A DNA stretch of 64,000 nucleotides, taken from NCBI GenBank assembly GCA_039683275.1, contig JBDKRP010000130.1, positions 839 to 64,838 of the forward strand, read 5' to 3'. The translations under genes and the position numbers were made by a program. The stretch's first letter is position 1. Each line of letters begins with the position of its first letter. This document shows positions 18,382 through 27,816 of this stretch, piece after piece. Under the pieces are notes generated by a model, which ran no database searches, was not told where the DNA came from, and was given only the letters and a program-made list of their open reading frames with translations. The stretch comes from Methanoregulaceae archaeon (lineage in GTDB: Archaea; Halobacteriota; Methanomicrobia; Methanomicrobiales; Methanospirillaceae).

Positions 18382-18993
18382 ATGTCTTCTCTTGAAGAGC
18401 TGATCAGCCGGGCAAAACTGCTCCTTTCCGAAGGCCACAGTCCCGGCCAGATCGCCGACGAGCTCTCCCTCTCCATGGAAACAGTAACCTGGCTCCTCAC
18501 CCAGGCAAAGGGAACATCGGCACCGAAAGATGTCCATATTGACTGGACCGCGATCAGCAGCGAATCGTCCCTCCTTGACGGGATTTCGATGCTTCTCCTG
18601 AAGCGGTATTACTGTGCCATTGCAGCTTCCGATGAAGATGAACCGGATCCCGTGGATGTAGTTGTCGGGATAGCACTCTCGGGCATCCCACTCGCGACCG
18701 TTATCTCCATCGAAGAGAACTCCCGTCTCGCTATTTACCACCCGTCAAAGCAGAGCACAAACGAAAAGCCGGTAGGATCGATCAGCGGGAATTTCGCCCC
18801 GATAAGCGGACAGCGGTGTATTATCGTGGACGATGTCATCACTTCGGGAAACACCATGAAGGAAGTCGTTACGTACCTGCGCAAACATGGCGCGATCCCT
18901 GCTGCGATCTGGGTCATCTTTGATAAGCGGGGCGTCCGCGACATCGAAGGAGTTCCCGTATACAGTCTCTTCAAGATATCCCGCATCGATTGA
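18382..18993 (+). CDS. Orotate phosphoribosyltransferase-like protein (N-terminal HTH + PRT domain; GfcR-type regulator family)
   Basis: 203 aa with an N-terminal HTH-like [20 protein letters not shown] followed by the PRT loop [12 protein letters not shown]. Confidence 0.75.
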   Translation: MSSLEELISRAKLLLSEGHSPGQIADELSLSMETVTWLLTQAKGTSAPKDVHIDWTAISSESSLLDGISMLLLKRYYCAIAASDEDEPDPVDVVVGIALSGIPLATVISIEENSRLAIYHPSKQSTNEKPVGSISGNFAPISGQRCIIVDDVITSGNTMKEVVTYLRKHGAIPAAIWVIFDKRGVRDIEGVPVYSLFKISRID

Positions 18994-19030
18994 ACCGGTC
19001 CTCTCAGGCGGAGAGGCCATGTGAGATTGA

Positions 19031-19038
19031 TTTATATA
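19031..19038 (+). promoter_or_regulatory. TATA box of the thermosome gene
   Basis: TTTATATA lies 41 nt upstream of the ATG. The SD GGAGGA at 19067-19072 would sit in the predicted short leader. Confidence 0.45.
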
Positions 19039-19078
19039 GAAGTTCAATTCCATTTTTTACCACATTGGAGGATCCATA

Positions 19079-20674
19079 ATGCTAGCTGGACAACCTATTA
19101 TCATTCTTAAAGACAACGTCGAGCGCAACTATGGGCGTGAAGCCCAGCGCTCCAATATTACCGCAGCAAAGGCTATCGCTGGAGCAGTGCGCAGCACGCT
19201 CGGCCCCCGTGGCATGGACAAGATGCTCGTCGGGTCCACCGGAGACATCGTTATCACGAACGACGGCGCGACCATCCTTGAGGAGATCTCGGTCCAGCAC
19301 CCGGGTGCAAAGATGGTTATCGAGGTCGCAAAGACCCAGGATGACGAAGTTGGCGATGGCACCACGACTGCAGTAGTCCTTGTCGGTTCCCTGATGGAAC
19401 AGGCAGAGATACTGCTGGAGCAGGACATTCACCCGACCGTCATTGCCCAGGGATACCGCCTTGGTATGGAGAAGGCAATCGAGATTATAAACAGCCTTGC
19501 AATCTCCGTATCTCCCACCGACAGGAAGATCCTGATGAAGATCGCCGATACCTCCATGACCGGGAAATCCATCGAATCTGTCAAAGGCAAAATCGATGCG
19601 ATTGTCGTAGACGCTGTCATGTCGGTTGCCGAAAAGGTAAACGGGAAAATCGTTGTCAGCGAAGACGACATCAAGATCAAGAAACAGAAGGGCGCTGCAA
19701 TGGACGATGCCGAGCTTATCAAGGGCATTGTCATCGACAAGTCCCGTGCAAACGACCAGATGACGAAGAGCGTGAAGAACGCAAAGATCGCGCTCATTGC
19801 TACCCCCCTTGAGATCACGAAGACCCAGGTCAAGGCAAAGATCAAGATCTCGACCGCAGACCAGATCAACGCCTTCTCCCTGCAGGAGCAGGAGACATTC
19901 CACCGGCTCGCGGACAGTATCATTGCGAGCGGCGCAAATGTCCTCCTCTGCCAGAAGGGTATTGCAGACCCGGTCCAGTTCTACCTTGCAAAGGCGGGTA
20001 TCTTTGCCATCGAGGACGTGAAAGAGGACGATATGAAGTTCGCGGCAAAGTCCCTCCATGCGAATATCGTGAACAAGCCGGAAGACCTGACCTCGAAGGA
20101 TCTCGGCCAGGCAGCGCTTGTCGAAGAAGAGGACGATGCCGAAATCACCAAGATCTCAGGCTGCAAGAACCCGAAGGCGACCACGATTCTCCTTCGCGGA
20201 ACCTCAGACTACCTCATCGACGAGCTTGAGCGGGCGGTCGTTGACGGGACCAGCGTCGTAATTGATGCAATGGAAGACGGGACCTATGTCGTGGGGGGCG
20301 GTGCAGTCGAGACCGAGCTCCTGCTCAAACTGAGAAACTATGCAGAGAGCGTCGGCGGACGTGTGCAGCTTGCAATCGAAGCCTATGCAGACGCTTTCGC
20401 GGTGATTCCGCGGACCCTTGCGGAGAACTCCGGCCTGAATGCAATTGACAAGCTCGTCGAGATCAAGACCGCCCATGCAAAGGGCAAGAAATACGCCGGG
20501 CTCAATGTGTACACGGGAGCCATCATCGACATGAATGCGGAAGGAGTCTACGAGCCGCTCCGGTCCAAGCGCCAGTCAATCCAGAGTGCAACCGAGACCG
20601 CAGTCATGCTCATCCGGGTGGACGACATGATGATCACCCAGAACAGGCCCCGGTCTCCGGGACCCATGGCATAA
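19079..20674 (+). CDS. ths: Thermosome subunit (group II chaperonin)
   Basis: 531 aa with the hallmark motifs [12 protein letters not shown] and [11 protein letters not shown]. Confidence 0.95.
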   Translation: MLAGQPIIILKDNVERNYGREAQRSNITAAKAIAGAVRSTLGPRGMDKMLVGSTGDIVITNDGATILEEISVQHPGAKMVIEVAKTQDDEVGDGTTTAVVLVGSLMEQAEILLEQDIHPTVIAQGYRLGMEKAIEIINSLAISVSPTDRKILMKIADTSMTGKSIESVKGKIDAIVVDAVMSVAEKVNGKIVVSEDDIKIKKQKGAAMDDAELIKGIVIDKSRANDQMTKSVKNAKIALIATPLEITKTQVKAKIKISTADQINAFSLQEQETFHRLADSIIASGANVLLCQKGIADPVQFYLAKAGIFAIEDVKEDDMKFAAKSLHANIVNKPEDLTSKDLGQAALVEEEDDAEITKISGCKNPKATTILLRGTSDYLIDELERAVVDGTSVVIDAMEDGTYVVGGGAVETELLLKLRNYAESVGGRVQLAIEAYADAFAVIPRTLAENSGLNAIDKLVEIKTAHAKGKKYAGLNVYTGAIIDMNAEGVYEPLRSKRQSIQSATETAVMLIRVDDMMITQNRPRSPGPMA

Positions 20675-20793
20675 ATCCCGTCCAGAACGATCCTTCGCGT
20701 GAAAGGATTGGACCGGGATTCCCCGGTTCCGCATCTTTTTAGTACTCTCCCTTCGATACATAGTAGGGAAGAAACGAGCACTCATCCCTGCGT

Positions 20794-20878
20794 GCCGAGG
20801 TAGTCTAGCCCGGGAAGGCGGTAGCCTCGAAAGCTACTGGCGCCTTGCGCCTCGGGAGTTCAAATCTCCCCCTCGGCG
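20794..20878 (+). tRNA. tRNA-Ser (anticodon CGA), long variable arm
   Basis: Hand-folded. Acceptor GCCGAGG/CCTCGGC with G discriminator, anticodon stem GTAGC/GCTAC with loop CTCGAAA, variable arm GGCGCcttGCGCC, T arm GGGAG-TTCAAAT-CTCCC. A TTTT run follows. Confidence 0.9.
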
Positions 20879-20988
20879 TTTTCAACAGAGGGATCCTGAT
20901 CCAATTCTGAAATTTTCCGAATCACTTTTCCGGTCATTCCGATATCGGTTACCTGCTGTGCCCATCTCTCCGACTCGGGTAAGCCGGA

Positions 20989-21006
20989 CCGGTAGAGAAC
21001 CGTGCC
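20989..21006 (+). promoter_or_regulatory. Conserved motif CCGGTAG-N6-GTGCC upstream of cassette copy 1
   Basis: The motif ends 37 nt before the ATG at 21044. The same motif ends 36 nt before the ATG of the paralogous gene (37458-37475, minus). Confidence 0.35.
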
Positions 21007-21043
21007 AAAGAAGTTATCTCCCGTCCCCGGAAAAAGGTATACC

Positions 21044-21523
21044 ATGCAGTACCGGATGGTATGGGCGACACTCATTTTCATCCTCGCTCTTCTACCTCCG
21101 GTTGCCGCTGGCGGAGAGGTCCCATCGGATCTTCCCCGACTCCTTCTGGCCCCGGTCAACGCATCCCCGGATCAGGAGTTCCTAATGAACGGGACGCCGG
21201 ATTACTCAGCCCGGAGGGAACCGGGATGGTACCCCCTTTCCGGTACAACCCGGTTTTTCCGGGATACCCTCCCCTCCGGAACACAGCGATACTGGATGGA
21301 CATTACATGGAATGATCCGTCCCGTAATCTCCAGGTCACCATCTTCTCTCCCGAGGGTCCCCTTGGCCCGTACTCGAATGTTGCAAACGGCAGGATCGAT
21401 GGCAGGATCTTCCTTGCTATGGAAAAAGATCCCGCACTCCCGGCCGGGAACTGGTACTACGAAGTCAGGAATGTGCAAGGTACCAATTACAGTATTGGCA
21501 TATACCGGAACAAGGGGATCTGA
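21044..21523 (+). CDS. Secreted protein with C-terminal PPC-like (pre-peptidase C-terminal / P-domain-like) beta-sandwich, copy 1
   Basis: ORF trimmed to MQYRMVWATLIFILALLPPVAAG (signal peptide). The C-terminal block RYWMDITWNDPSRNLQVTIFSPEGPLGPY...AGNWYYEVRNVQGTNYSIGIY is present. It is a paralogue of 36723-37421. Confidence 0.65.
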   Translation: MQYRMVWATLIFILALLPPVAAGGEVPSDLPRLLLAPVNASPDQEFLMNGTPDYSARREPGWYPLSGTTRFFRDTLPSGTQRYWMDITWNDPSRNLQVTIFSPEGPLGPYSNVANGRIDGRIFLAMEKDPALPAGNWYYEVRNVQGTNYSIGIYRNKGI

Positions 21524-21526
21524 AGC

Positions 21527-22264
21527 ATGCGGAAAAAAGGTGTGGTATTTCTTATCATCCTGCTGCTCGTCCCGACGGTAATCCTCCCGACGACCGGTGG
21601 GGAAATCCAGGTGCAGTCAGGGTACATCGTTCCTCCGCCGGCCGGGGCAATACCGGTTTCTCCGGCAGAGGTGTCCTTCTGGGAACTGCCTCTCTGGATC
21701 ATAGTCCTCCAGATAGTACTCTTACCCGGGGAATGCCTTCTCCTCCTTAAATTCCTGGTTCCCCTGCGCTACCGGGAGATCTCCTCACAAAACGTTCTTT
21801 TCCAGGATGTTCGGGCCCGGATCTACAATACAATACGGAACAACCCCGGCATCCACCTCCATGGGATCTCCCAACGGACCGGCATTGGTATCGGGACCGC
21901 CCGGTACCATCTCAGGATGCTCCTCCGGACCCACAAGGTCACTCTGAACCGGGACGCCGGGTCCATCCACTTTTTTGAAAAACGTGGTGCCTATACCGGA
22001 CGCGAACAGGAGATCCTGAAACATCTTCAAAATCCAACCGCAAGGAAGCTGATCCATACAATTCTTGAGAATCCGGAGGCAAGCCGTCACCACCTGGCAG
22101 CTGCGGCCGGTATCTCCGGTTCATCGGTCACCTGGCATATCAAACGGCTGGAGGCCGACGGTATAGTCGCATCAGCCCGGATCGGAAGGACCGTTGCCTA
22201 TACGGTTCCTTCGGAAACCCTGGAAAAAATCCGCGAATATGAGCGGATATCCGGGGAAACCTGA
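21527..22264 (+). CDS. Membrane-tethered transcriptional regulator with two winged-helix domains, copy 1
   Basis: 245 aa with an N-terminal hydrophobic helix, a Pro-rich loop and a second TM (LPLWIIVLQIVLLPGECLLLLKFLV). Two wHTH units follow (IYNTIRNNPGIHLHGISQRTGIGIGTARYHL; ...AAAGISGSSVTWHIKRLEADGIV). It starts 3 nt after the preceding stop. Confidence 0.7.
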   Translation: MRKKGVVFLIILLLVPTVILPTTGGEIQVQSGYIVPPPAGAIPVSPAEVSFWELPLWIIVLQIVLLPGECLLLLKFLVPLRYREISSQNVLFQDVRARIYNTIRNNPGIHLHGISQRTGIGIGTARYHLRMLLRTHKVTLNRDAGSIHFFEKRGAYTGREQEILKHLQNPTARKLIHTILENPEASRHHLAAAAGISGSSVTWHIKRLEADGIVASARIGRTVAYTVPSETLEKIREYERISGET

Positions 22265-22349
22265 CCTCCCCTTCGGCCACACCGGCACTCCTCCATTGGT
22301 CGCATTTGCATACTTTTTTCTTCCTGCCGCCGGAATACACCGGAGCGAT

Positions 22350-22835
22350 ATGGTCACGCTCCGGGCACTCGCCCCTTCCGATATTCCTGTCATCAAGGCC
22401 TGGCCCGCCTACCCGGACGAATTTCTGGATCTCGATTACGCCCTGCGGGACGGGGGCTGGCTGGACACGTACGGGGCGAGAGCAGATACCCGGATACTCG
22501 TGGCAGAATCAGACGGATGCCTCGTTGGGTTTTCCATTCTTACTGATAATGAGGGGGAATCTGCGGAATTCAGGATCGCCCTGCATCCTTCCAGGATTGG
22601 TACCGGGTTCGGTAAAAACCTGGCCCTCCTCACGCTTGCCAGCGGGTTTTCCTGCCCGGACACCCTCCGGATCCAACTGATCGTCCGGAAGAACAATCCG
22701 CGTGCCCGGCGACTGTACGAACGGATCGGTTTCGCTCCTGCCGGGGAATGCTCGAAAGAAATCGCAGGACGGTCCGTCGGTTTTTACCGGATGGAGATTG
22801 AAAGAGATCGGTTTTACGAGGTAAACCAGAAATGA
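22350..22835 (+). CDS. GNAT-family N-acetyltransferase
   Basis: ORF trimmed to MVTLRALAPSDIPV.... It has the acetyl-CoA motif RIGTGFGKNL and a C-terminal NNPRARRLYERIGF. Confidence 0.8.
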   Translation: MVTLRALAPSDIPVIKAWPAYPDEFLDLDYALRDGGWLDTYGARADTRILVAESDGCLVGFSILTDNEGESAEFRIALHPSRIGTGFGKNLALLTLASGFSCPDTLRIQLIVRKNNPRARRLYERIGFAPAGECSKEIAGRSVGFYRMEIERDRFYEVNQK

Positions 22836-23395
22836 AGGATGCCCTCTGCGTTATCGATGTCCAGAACGAGTATTTTACAGGAAAGCTCCCTGTCACCTTT
22901 CCGGAAGGAAGTTTCCGGAATATCCTTCTTGCAATGGATATCGCAATTGAAAAGGAAATTCCGGTCATTGTCGTCAGGCACGTGAATCCGGATCCGTATG
23001 CCCCGACATTTGCCCGGGGAGGCCGGGGAGCGACGCTCCACGATGAGATCCTGCGCCGCCATCGGGATTTTCTTATCGAAAAACAGCTGCCAGGAAGTTT
23101 CACGGGGACCGGTCTTGAGGCCGGGCTCCGGTCCCGGGGCATCGACACCATCACGATCTGCGGGTACATGACCCAGATGTGCTGCGATACCACGGCCCGG
23201 CAGGGATTCCATCTTGGTTTCTCGGTCAATTTCCTCTCGGACGCGACAGGAACCCTGGCAATTTCCAACCCTGCCGGCAGTATATCTGCAGAAGACCTTC
23301 ACCGGGCAATCCTGATCACGCAGGCAATGCGGTTCAGCCGCGTAATTCCGACAGCGCAGTGGGTGGAGGAAATCCCCGCTCAGGTACCTGGCTGA
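22832..23395 (+). CDS. Isochorismatase-family cysteine hydrolase
   Basis: 187 aa with the catalytic pattern VIDVQNEY ... ICGYMTQMCCDTT. It overlaps the GNAT stop by 4 nt. Confidence 0.85.
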   Translation: MKDALCVIDVQNEYFTGKLPVTFPEGSFRNILLAMDIAIEKEIPVIVVRHVNPDPYAPTFARGGRGATLHDEILRRHRDFLIEKQLPGSFTGTGLEAGLRSRGIDTITICGYMTQMCCDTTARQGFHLGFSVNFLSDATGTLAISNPAGSISAEDLHRAILITQAMRFSRVIPTAQWVEEIPAQVPG

Positions 23396-23650
23396 CACAA
23401 GTCTGCACTTTTTCGATCCCTGTCAGGATTTCCGGATAGATTTTTGCGTCAGCCAGCGGCACGGATTTTGTGAAGATTCCCTCGTATGCTGGGGGTCGGA
23501 TGCAAAATGAGCGGATCGTTTTTTGCAGGTATGCCGGGACGGGGATCGTGCAATCCTGTCCCGGGTCTATCTCGTAATAATTGGACGAAGGGGTACCGGA
23601 ATGCAGAATTTTTCCGGATTTTTCAGGGTAGGTCCCGGTCCTAAAAATAT

Positions 23651-23718
23651 ATCCGACCCCCCACATGGTTTTTCTTTGTTACTTCGGAGAATCCCTTTTT
23701 TTATGGGGGGGGTCGGAT
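23651..23718. repeat. Imperfect 16-nt inverted repeat (ATCCGACCCCCCACAT / ATGGGGGGGGTCGGAT) with a 36-nt T-rich spacer
   Basis: Read directly. The arms are 23651-23666 and 23703-23718 with 1 mismatch. A third copy of the core GGGGGTCGGAT is at 23491-23501. A T6 run follows the right arm. Confidence 0.5.
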
Positions 23719-23894
23719 CAGTTTTTTCACATACCTGAGACCTTGCATCCTGCCGATCTCCGCTTCTGCTATTTCAGGGAATTTTCCTTCCCCTCTAAAT
23801 GGCGCAGAAAAGGGAAATCACGTACCCGGGTCCTGCATCCGGATCCGCAGGATGACCGGCATCCGGGACCTTTTGCACAAACTGACGGGAGTCG

Positions 23895-25379
23895 TTACAG
23901 CATCGCGGGCTCATTCGCTTCGGAATTCTGGTAATCCGGATGGATCTCCTGCCGGACAATGAGCGCCAGTACGAGGATAACTACCCCAAGCGCCAGCGAG
24001 AGCAGAAAGGCAAGATCGAATCCTGCCGACAGGACCTGCTGCTTTATCGCAACCGGTGCCAGTTTCGTGACACCCTTCTCGGTAGCAACCATCAGGATAC
24101 CATGGATGAAGACCATGTTAAAGACCGCAATGCCAAGGGTGAGCGGGGCAAAACGCTCAAGGCTGGTCAGGCTGGAGACCATGCCCCCCTTTGCCCTGGC
24201 AACTGAATTCATCACCATGTTCGATGCCGGGGAGATACTGAGCCCAAGGCCAAAGCCGATGAGAGCAAGGGCGAGGATAACATATCCGATCGGGGTGCCG
24301 GTAGAGAGACGGGTCATCAGAAGATACCCGAGGGTCAGGATGACCCCCGCACCGATACAGAGCCGTTTCGGTCCGACCCGGTTGAAGAGCAGTCCTGCAA
24401 GGATTCCTGCACCCATCATTGCAAACGAGAGCGAGCTCATGATGAGCCCGGAATCCGATGCCCCGAATCCCCGGACATATTCCAGGTAGAATGGAAGAAG
24501 ATAGTTGATTCCCGAGAAACTGAAAAAGACCAGGACCAGGATAAGATTCGTACAAAGGAAATTTTTGTTCCGGAACAGGCCGAGATCGAGCAGCGGATCG
24601 GAAAAGCGGAGTTCGTGAACGATAAACCAGGAGAGGGTGACGACCGCCAGCACTGCCAGGCAAAGGATACCCGGGGAGGTCCAGCCGAACGAGAATCCTT
24701 CCGAGACCACAAAGAGCAGGGAGGCAAGGCCTACAAAAATTAATGCGGCTCCGAGCTTATCAAATCCTGCGAGGCAGCACCGCTTACTATCATGGGGAAC
24801 AACTTTTGCACCCAGGATAAGAGCAACTATCCCCACCGGGACATTAATGAAGAAGATCCAGTGCCAGGACAGGTACTGGGTAAGGACTCCACCGATCGTA
24901 GGGCCGAGAGCAGTACCGAGTGCTGCCATGGTCATTACGATGCCCATTGCCTTCCCCTTCTGCACCTGGGGAATATATTCGGTGATCATTGCAGGAGCTA
25001 TCGCAGTAATCATCGCCCCGCCGATCGCCTGGAAAATCCGGGAGGCGACCAGCGAGGGAAACGAATTGAGAAGATCCGGGAGAAATCCGCAGGTGAAGGA
25101 ACCGGCCGTGAAGATGATGAACCCCAGGAGAAAGATCTTCCGGAACCCGACGATATCCGAGATTTTGCCGAAAATCAGGACGCAGCCTGCCATCACAAGG
25201 AGGTATGCAGTTGCAACCCAGCTCACGGTGCTGGACGAGAGGGAGAACGATTCAGAGAGGGTCGGGAGCGCGATATTCACAATCGTCCCGTCGAGCCCTG
25301 ACATGAAGGTCGCAAGAGAAATGGAGAATACAAGGAGCCCGAACCCTGCGGCTGCCTTCCTGCTGCCGGAATCTTCCAT
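23895..25379 (-). CDS. MFS drug:H+ antiporter, 14-TMS (EmrB/QacA-like)
   Basis: 494 aa, hydrophobic throughout, with MFS motif A-like GKISDIVGFRK after TM2. Confidence 0.9.
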   Translation of the reverse strand: MEDSGSRKAAAGFGLLVFSISLATFMSGLDGTIVNIALPTLSESFSLSSSTVSWVATAYLLVMAGCVLIFGKISDIVGFRKIFLLGFIIFTAGSFTCGFLPDLLNSFPSLVASRIFQAIGGAMITAIAPAMITEYIPQVQKGKAMGIVMTMAALGTALGPTIGGVLTQYLSWHWIFFINVPVGIVALILGAKVVPHDSKRCCLAGFDKLGAALIFVGLASLLFVVSEGFSFGWTSPGILCLAVLAVVTLSWFIVHELRFSDPLLDLGLFRNKNFLCTNLILVLVFFSFSGINYLLPFYLEYVRGFGASDSGLIMSSLSFAMMGAGILAGLLFNRVGPKRLCIGAGVILTLGYLLMTRLSTGTPIGYVILALALIGFGLGLSISPASNMVMNSVARAKGGMVSSLTSLERFAPLTLGIAVFNMVFIHGILMVATEKGVTKLAPVAIKQQVLSAGFDLAFLLSLALGVVILVLALIVRQEIHPDYQNSEANEPAML

Positions 25380-25411
25380 TCATGTGTATTTCGGGCGTAA
25401 GCTGATGAGAA

Positions 25412-26158
25412 TTGCGCTTCCCTGAGAGAGGAAACCCGGAAATGCGGGGAGAGATCCATTCTTGTATTCCGGAAACGACCCGGTATGGAATGACCCCGGG
25501 CAATACCACCGGGAACGGACAGGACGGAGAGAGAACGCCGCTCCTGACCGGTCCCCCATTCTACCTTCCCGAATTCGAGGAATCGTACCGGTACATCATC
25601 GACGAGTATGAAGTGGAACCACGGGACATTGCGATTTTCATGCCCTGTGCAGTCCGGAAACCGTACAGCCAGAGCCCGAGCCACCGGATCATCCGGATGA
25701 TTCTATCGCAGGTTTTCGACCCGTCCCGGTACCATATCGTCATCTTCGGGACCTGCGGGATCGTGCCTGCTGAACTCGAAGAGATGTATCCCTATGCCCA
25801 TTACCAGTACATGCTCGGGAAATGCCAGGACGAGAAGGTAAAATCGGATTTTCTCCGGATAGAGACGGACCGGGTTGCGGGATACCTGGAAAAGACCCGG
25901 GACGTGTACAGGTACCGGATCGGGTACTGTCTCGGCCTCTTCCGGCAGGCGCTTATCCAGGGGTCCGAAAAAGCCGGTGTCCCCATCGATCTCCTGCTCC
26001 CGACAAAGGAGAGCATCCAGCGGATCGTCGAGGAAGAGGAGTGCACGTTCCAGGAGGGAAGCCTTTCGATGGACCTGTATCTCGGCGAGTTCTGCGACCG
26101 GCTCCGCATGTTCCGGGACGAACACTGCGGCCCAAAAATGACTGATAAAAACGGGTAG
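25412..26158 (+). CDS. DUF5591-like protein (domain also found in archaeosine synthase ArcS); start uncertain
   Basis: The motif FMPCAVRKPYSQSPSH recalls DUF5591, but this family call is from memory only. Alternative starts lie at 25442 and 25490. Confidence 0.5.
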   Translation: MRFPERGNPEMRGEIHSCIPETTRYGMTPGNTTGNGQDGERTPLLTGPPFYLPEFEESYRYIIDEYEVEPRDIAIFMPCAVRKPYSQSPSHRIIRMILSQVFDPSRYHIVIFGTCGIVPAELEEMYPYAHYQYMLGKCQDEKVKSDFLRIETDRVAGYLEKTRDVYRYRIGYCLGLFRQALIQGSEKAGVPIDLLLPTKESIQRIVEEEECTFQEGSLSMDLYLGEFCDRLRMFRDEHCGPKMTDKNG

Positions 26159-26194
26159 CTCAGGTAGCGACTGATAATCCGGATAGACCCGGAT

Positions 26195-26902
26195 TCATCC
26201 GGTTTTTCCTTTCCGGAACTCTTCCAGCTGCCCGTCGCGGTACACCCTTACGGAGATCTTCTCCCCTTTCTGGTACCGCCTCATCCATTCATCATAGGTC
26301 TTCTGGACGTGCCGGAGTTTGCGCTCTGCAAAATAGGTCTGCATGAATTCCAGGAACGCTATCTCCTGGGTAAGAAATGCGTTCTCGTATTCCTTGGTTT
26401 CCCGGGCTATCGCGAAGCTTTCTTCTTCAGATATGGTTTCCCCGTATTCCCCGTGCTCATTGAGCCCTGAGATCTGCCGCCAGTCCACCTTTCCGTCGAC
26501 CCCCGGTTCCCGGTGCAGCATGTACGGGTAGATTCGGCAGATGGAGAACCGTTTATCGTAGACCCTGCACCTGCCGTCTTCAAGGAACCAGCATGAACCC
26601 GGGGCGTCATCCTTCACACGGAGGGCATACCCGGACACGTAGAAGATACCGTTCTGGTCGCAAAACTCGGGGCGGGGGGCGGGTTCAAGCGCCGCAGGTT
26701 CCATCTCTTTCACCCGTGCTGCGTCCCGGTCAAGGAGGAAGACGTGGCCGTTGAATGTTCGGGTACAGCATTTCCCGCAGGAGTTGCACCGGAACCCGAC
26801 TTCCCGGATAATCGCAGCGAGGTCTTCCATGGGGTATGCGAGAAGTGTGTTGCGCTCCTGGGTCAGGGCAACGATCCGGAACGGGATGGGGGTAAGGGAC
26901 AT
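26195..26902 (-). CDS. YkgJ-family (UPF0153) cysteine-cluster protein
   Basis: ORF trimmed to MSLTPIPFRIV.... It has the CNSCGKCC motif and further Cys pairs typical of COG0727 Fe-S/Zn proteins. Confidence 0.7.
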   Translation of the reverse strand: MSLTPIPFRIVALTQERNTLLAYPMEDLAAIIREVGFRCNSCGKCCTRTFNGHVFLLDRDAARVKEMEPAALEPAPRPEFCDQNGIFYVSGYALRVKDDAPGSCWFLEDGRCRVYDKRFSICRIYPYMLHREPGVDGKVDWRQISGLNEHGEYGETISEEESFAIARETKEYENAFLTQEIAFLEFMQTYFAERKLRHVQKTYDEWMRRYQKGEKISVRVYRDGQLEEFRKGKTG

Positions 26903-27101
26903 GATATCTCCAGTACGCGGTGCATGATAGTACCACCTCACCGGCTATTGTTCTTTCGGAGGACAAAATCCGGGAGTTATCGGGGGGCCCCGTTCGCTAC
27001 GCGGGATTGGATGCCCGGAACCGGGAAAAACGGGGAGATTCGCGGATTGGCAGCCTGCCTTTCCTGCCGGGGCACCTGAAAAAGGTATCCGTATCCGCCT
27101 C

Positions 27102-27710
27102 TTAGAACCCAATCATGTACCCGTACCGGGAATATACCTCGCGGACAAGTTCCCCCGCTTTCGGGTTCATCCAGTCATGCATCCATTCCGATACAAGCGA
27201 TTCGACCGTTATCGGGATCACGCCTGCCTGGATCATCCGTTCGATCCCATATGTATGAGCGGCCGGTGTCGAATCTCCGCCCGCATCCATGAGTCCGTAC
27301 ACCTCGTACCCTTCCCGCAGGGCATGGAGCGCCGTATATGCAAAACACATGCTGGTCCAGAGACCCGCGATGACCATCTTCTTCTTCCCGGCCATCTTCG
27401 CTGCGTTCCAGGTCATCTCATCCTCAAAGGCATCGAAACTCGGGACCTTCCGTGCAAATGCTTCCCGGCCGGGGAAGAGTTTCGCCACTTCCGGCATGAA
27501 CTCCCCGTTATTTGCAGGGTTGATCGCGGAGAGAACGACCGGAATTCCCAGGACACTCGCTGCTTTTGCCGCACAGTACGCCGCGTTCCGGATGATGGTC
27601 TTATCCCCGGATGCAACCCCTTTGAACATCGAGGACTGGTAATCCACGAGAACGAGACAGCTGTTCTTATCGGTCAGCAGCTCAAGGCTGCCCTTTGGTA
27701 CATTTGTCAT
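27102..27710 (-). CDS. Isochorismatase-family hydrolase (YcaC-like)
   Basis: 202 aa with LVLVDYQSSMF ... VIAGLWTSMCFAYTA catalytic Asp/Cys context. Confidence 0.85.
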   Translation of the reverse strand: MTNVPKGSLELLTDKNSCLVLVDYQSSMFKGVASGDKTIIRNAAYCAAKAASVLGIPVVLSAINPANNGEFMPEVAKLFPGREAFARKVPSFDAFEDEMTWNAAKMAGKKKMVIAGLWTSMCFAYTALHALREGYEVYGLMDAGGDSTPAAHTYGIERMIQAGVIPITVESLVSEWMHDWMNPKAGELVREVYSRYGYMIGF

Positions 27711-27816
27711 GATAGTTCCTCCAGATTAGATAGGTGGTTCTGGTACGGGCGATTTTATAAAAGTGAGGAATGTGACCCGGTTCAGTATCCGGGGGGGTGC
27801 CGAAGAATCTGCTCCC

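Noticed and set aside
19082-20059. 325-aa minus-strand ORF opposite the thermosome gene
   Set aside because: It is antisense to an unmistakable group II chaperonin, so it is a shadow ORF.
20860-21159. 99-aa minus-strand ORF overlapping the tRNA-Ser 3' end and the cassette promoter
   Set aside because: It overlaps a well-folded tRNA and the start of a supported gene. The sequence is Arg/Gly-rich.
23334-23666. 110-aa minus-strand ORF in the long gap after the isochorismatase-family gene
   Set aside because: It overlaps the hydrolase 3' end by 62 nt, matches no family and has no obvious SD. It is kept only as a possibility within the gap finding, not as a feature.
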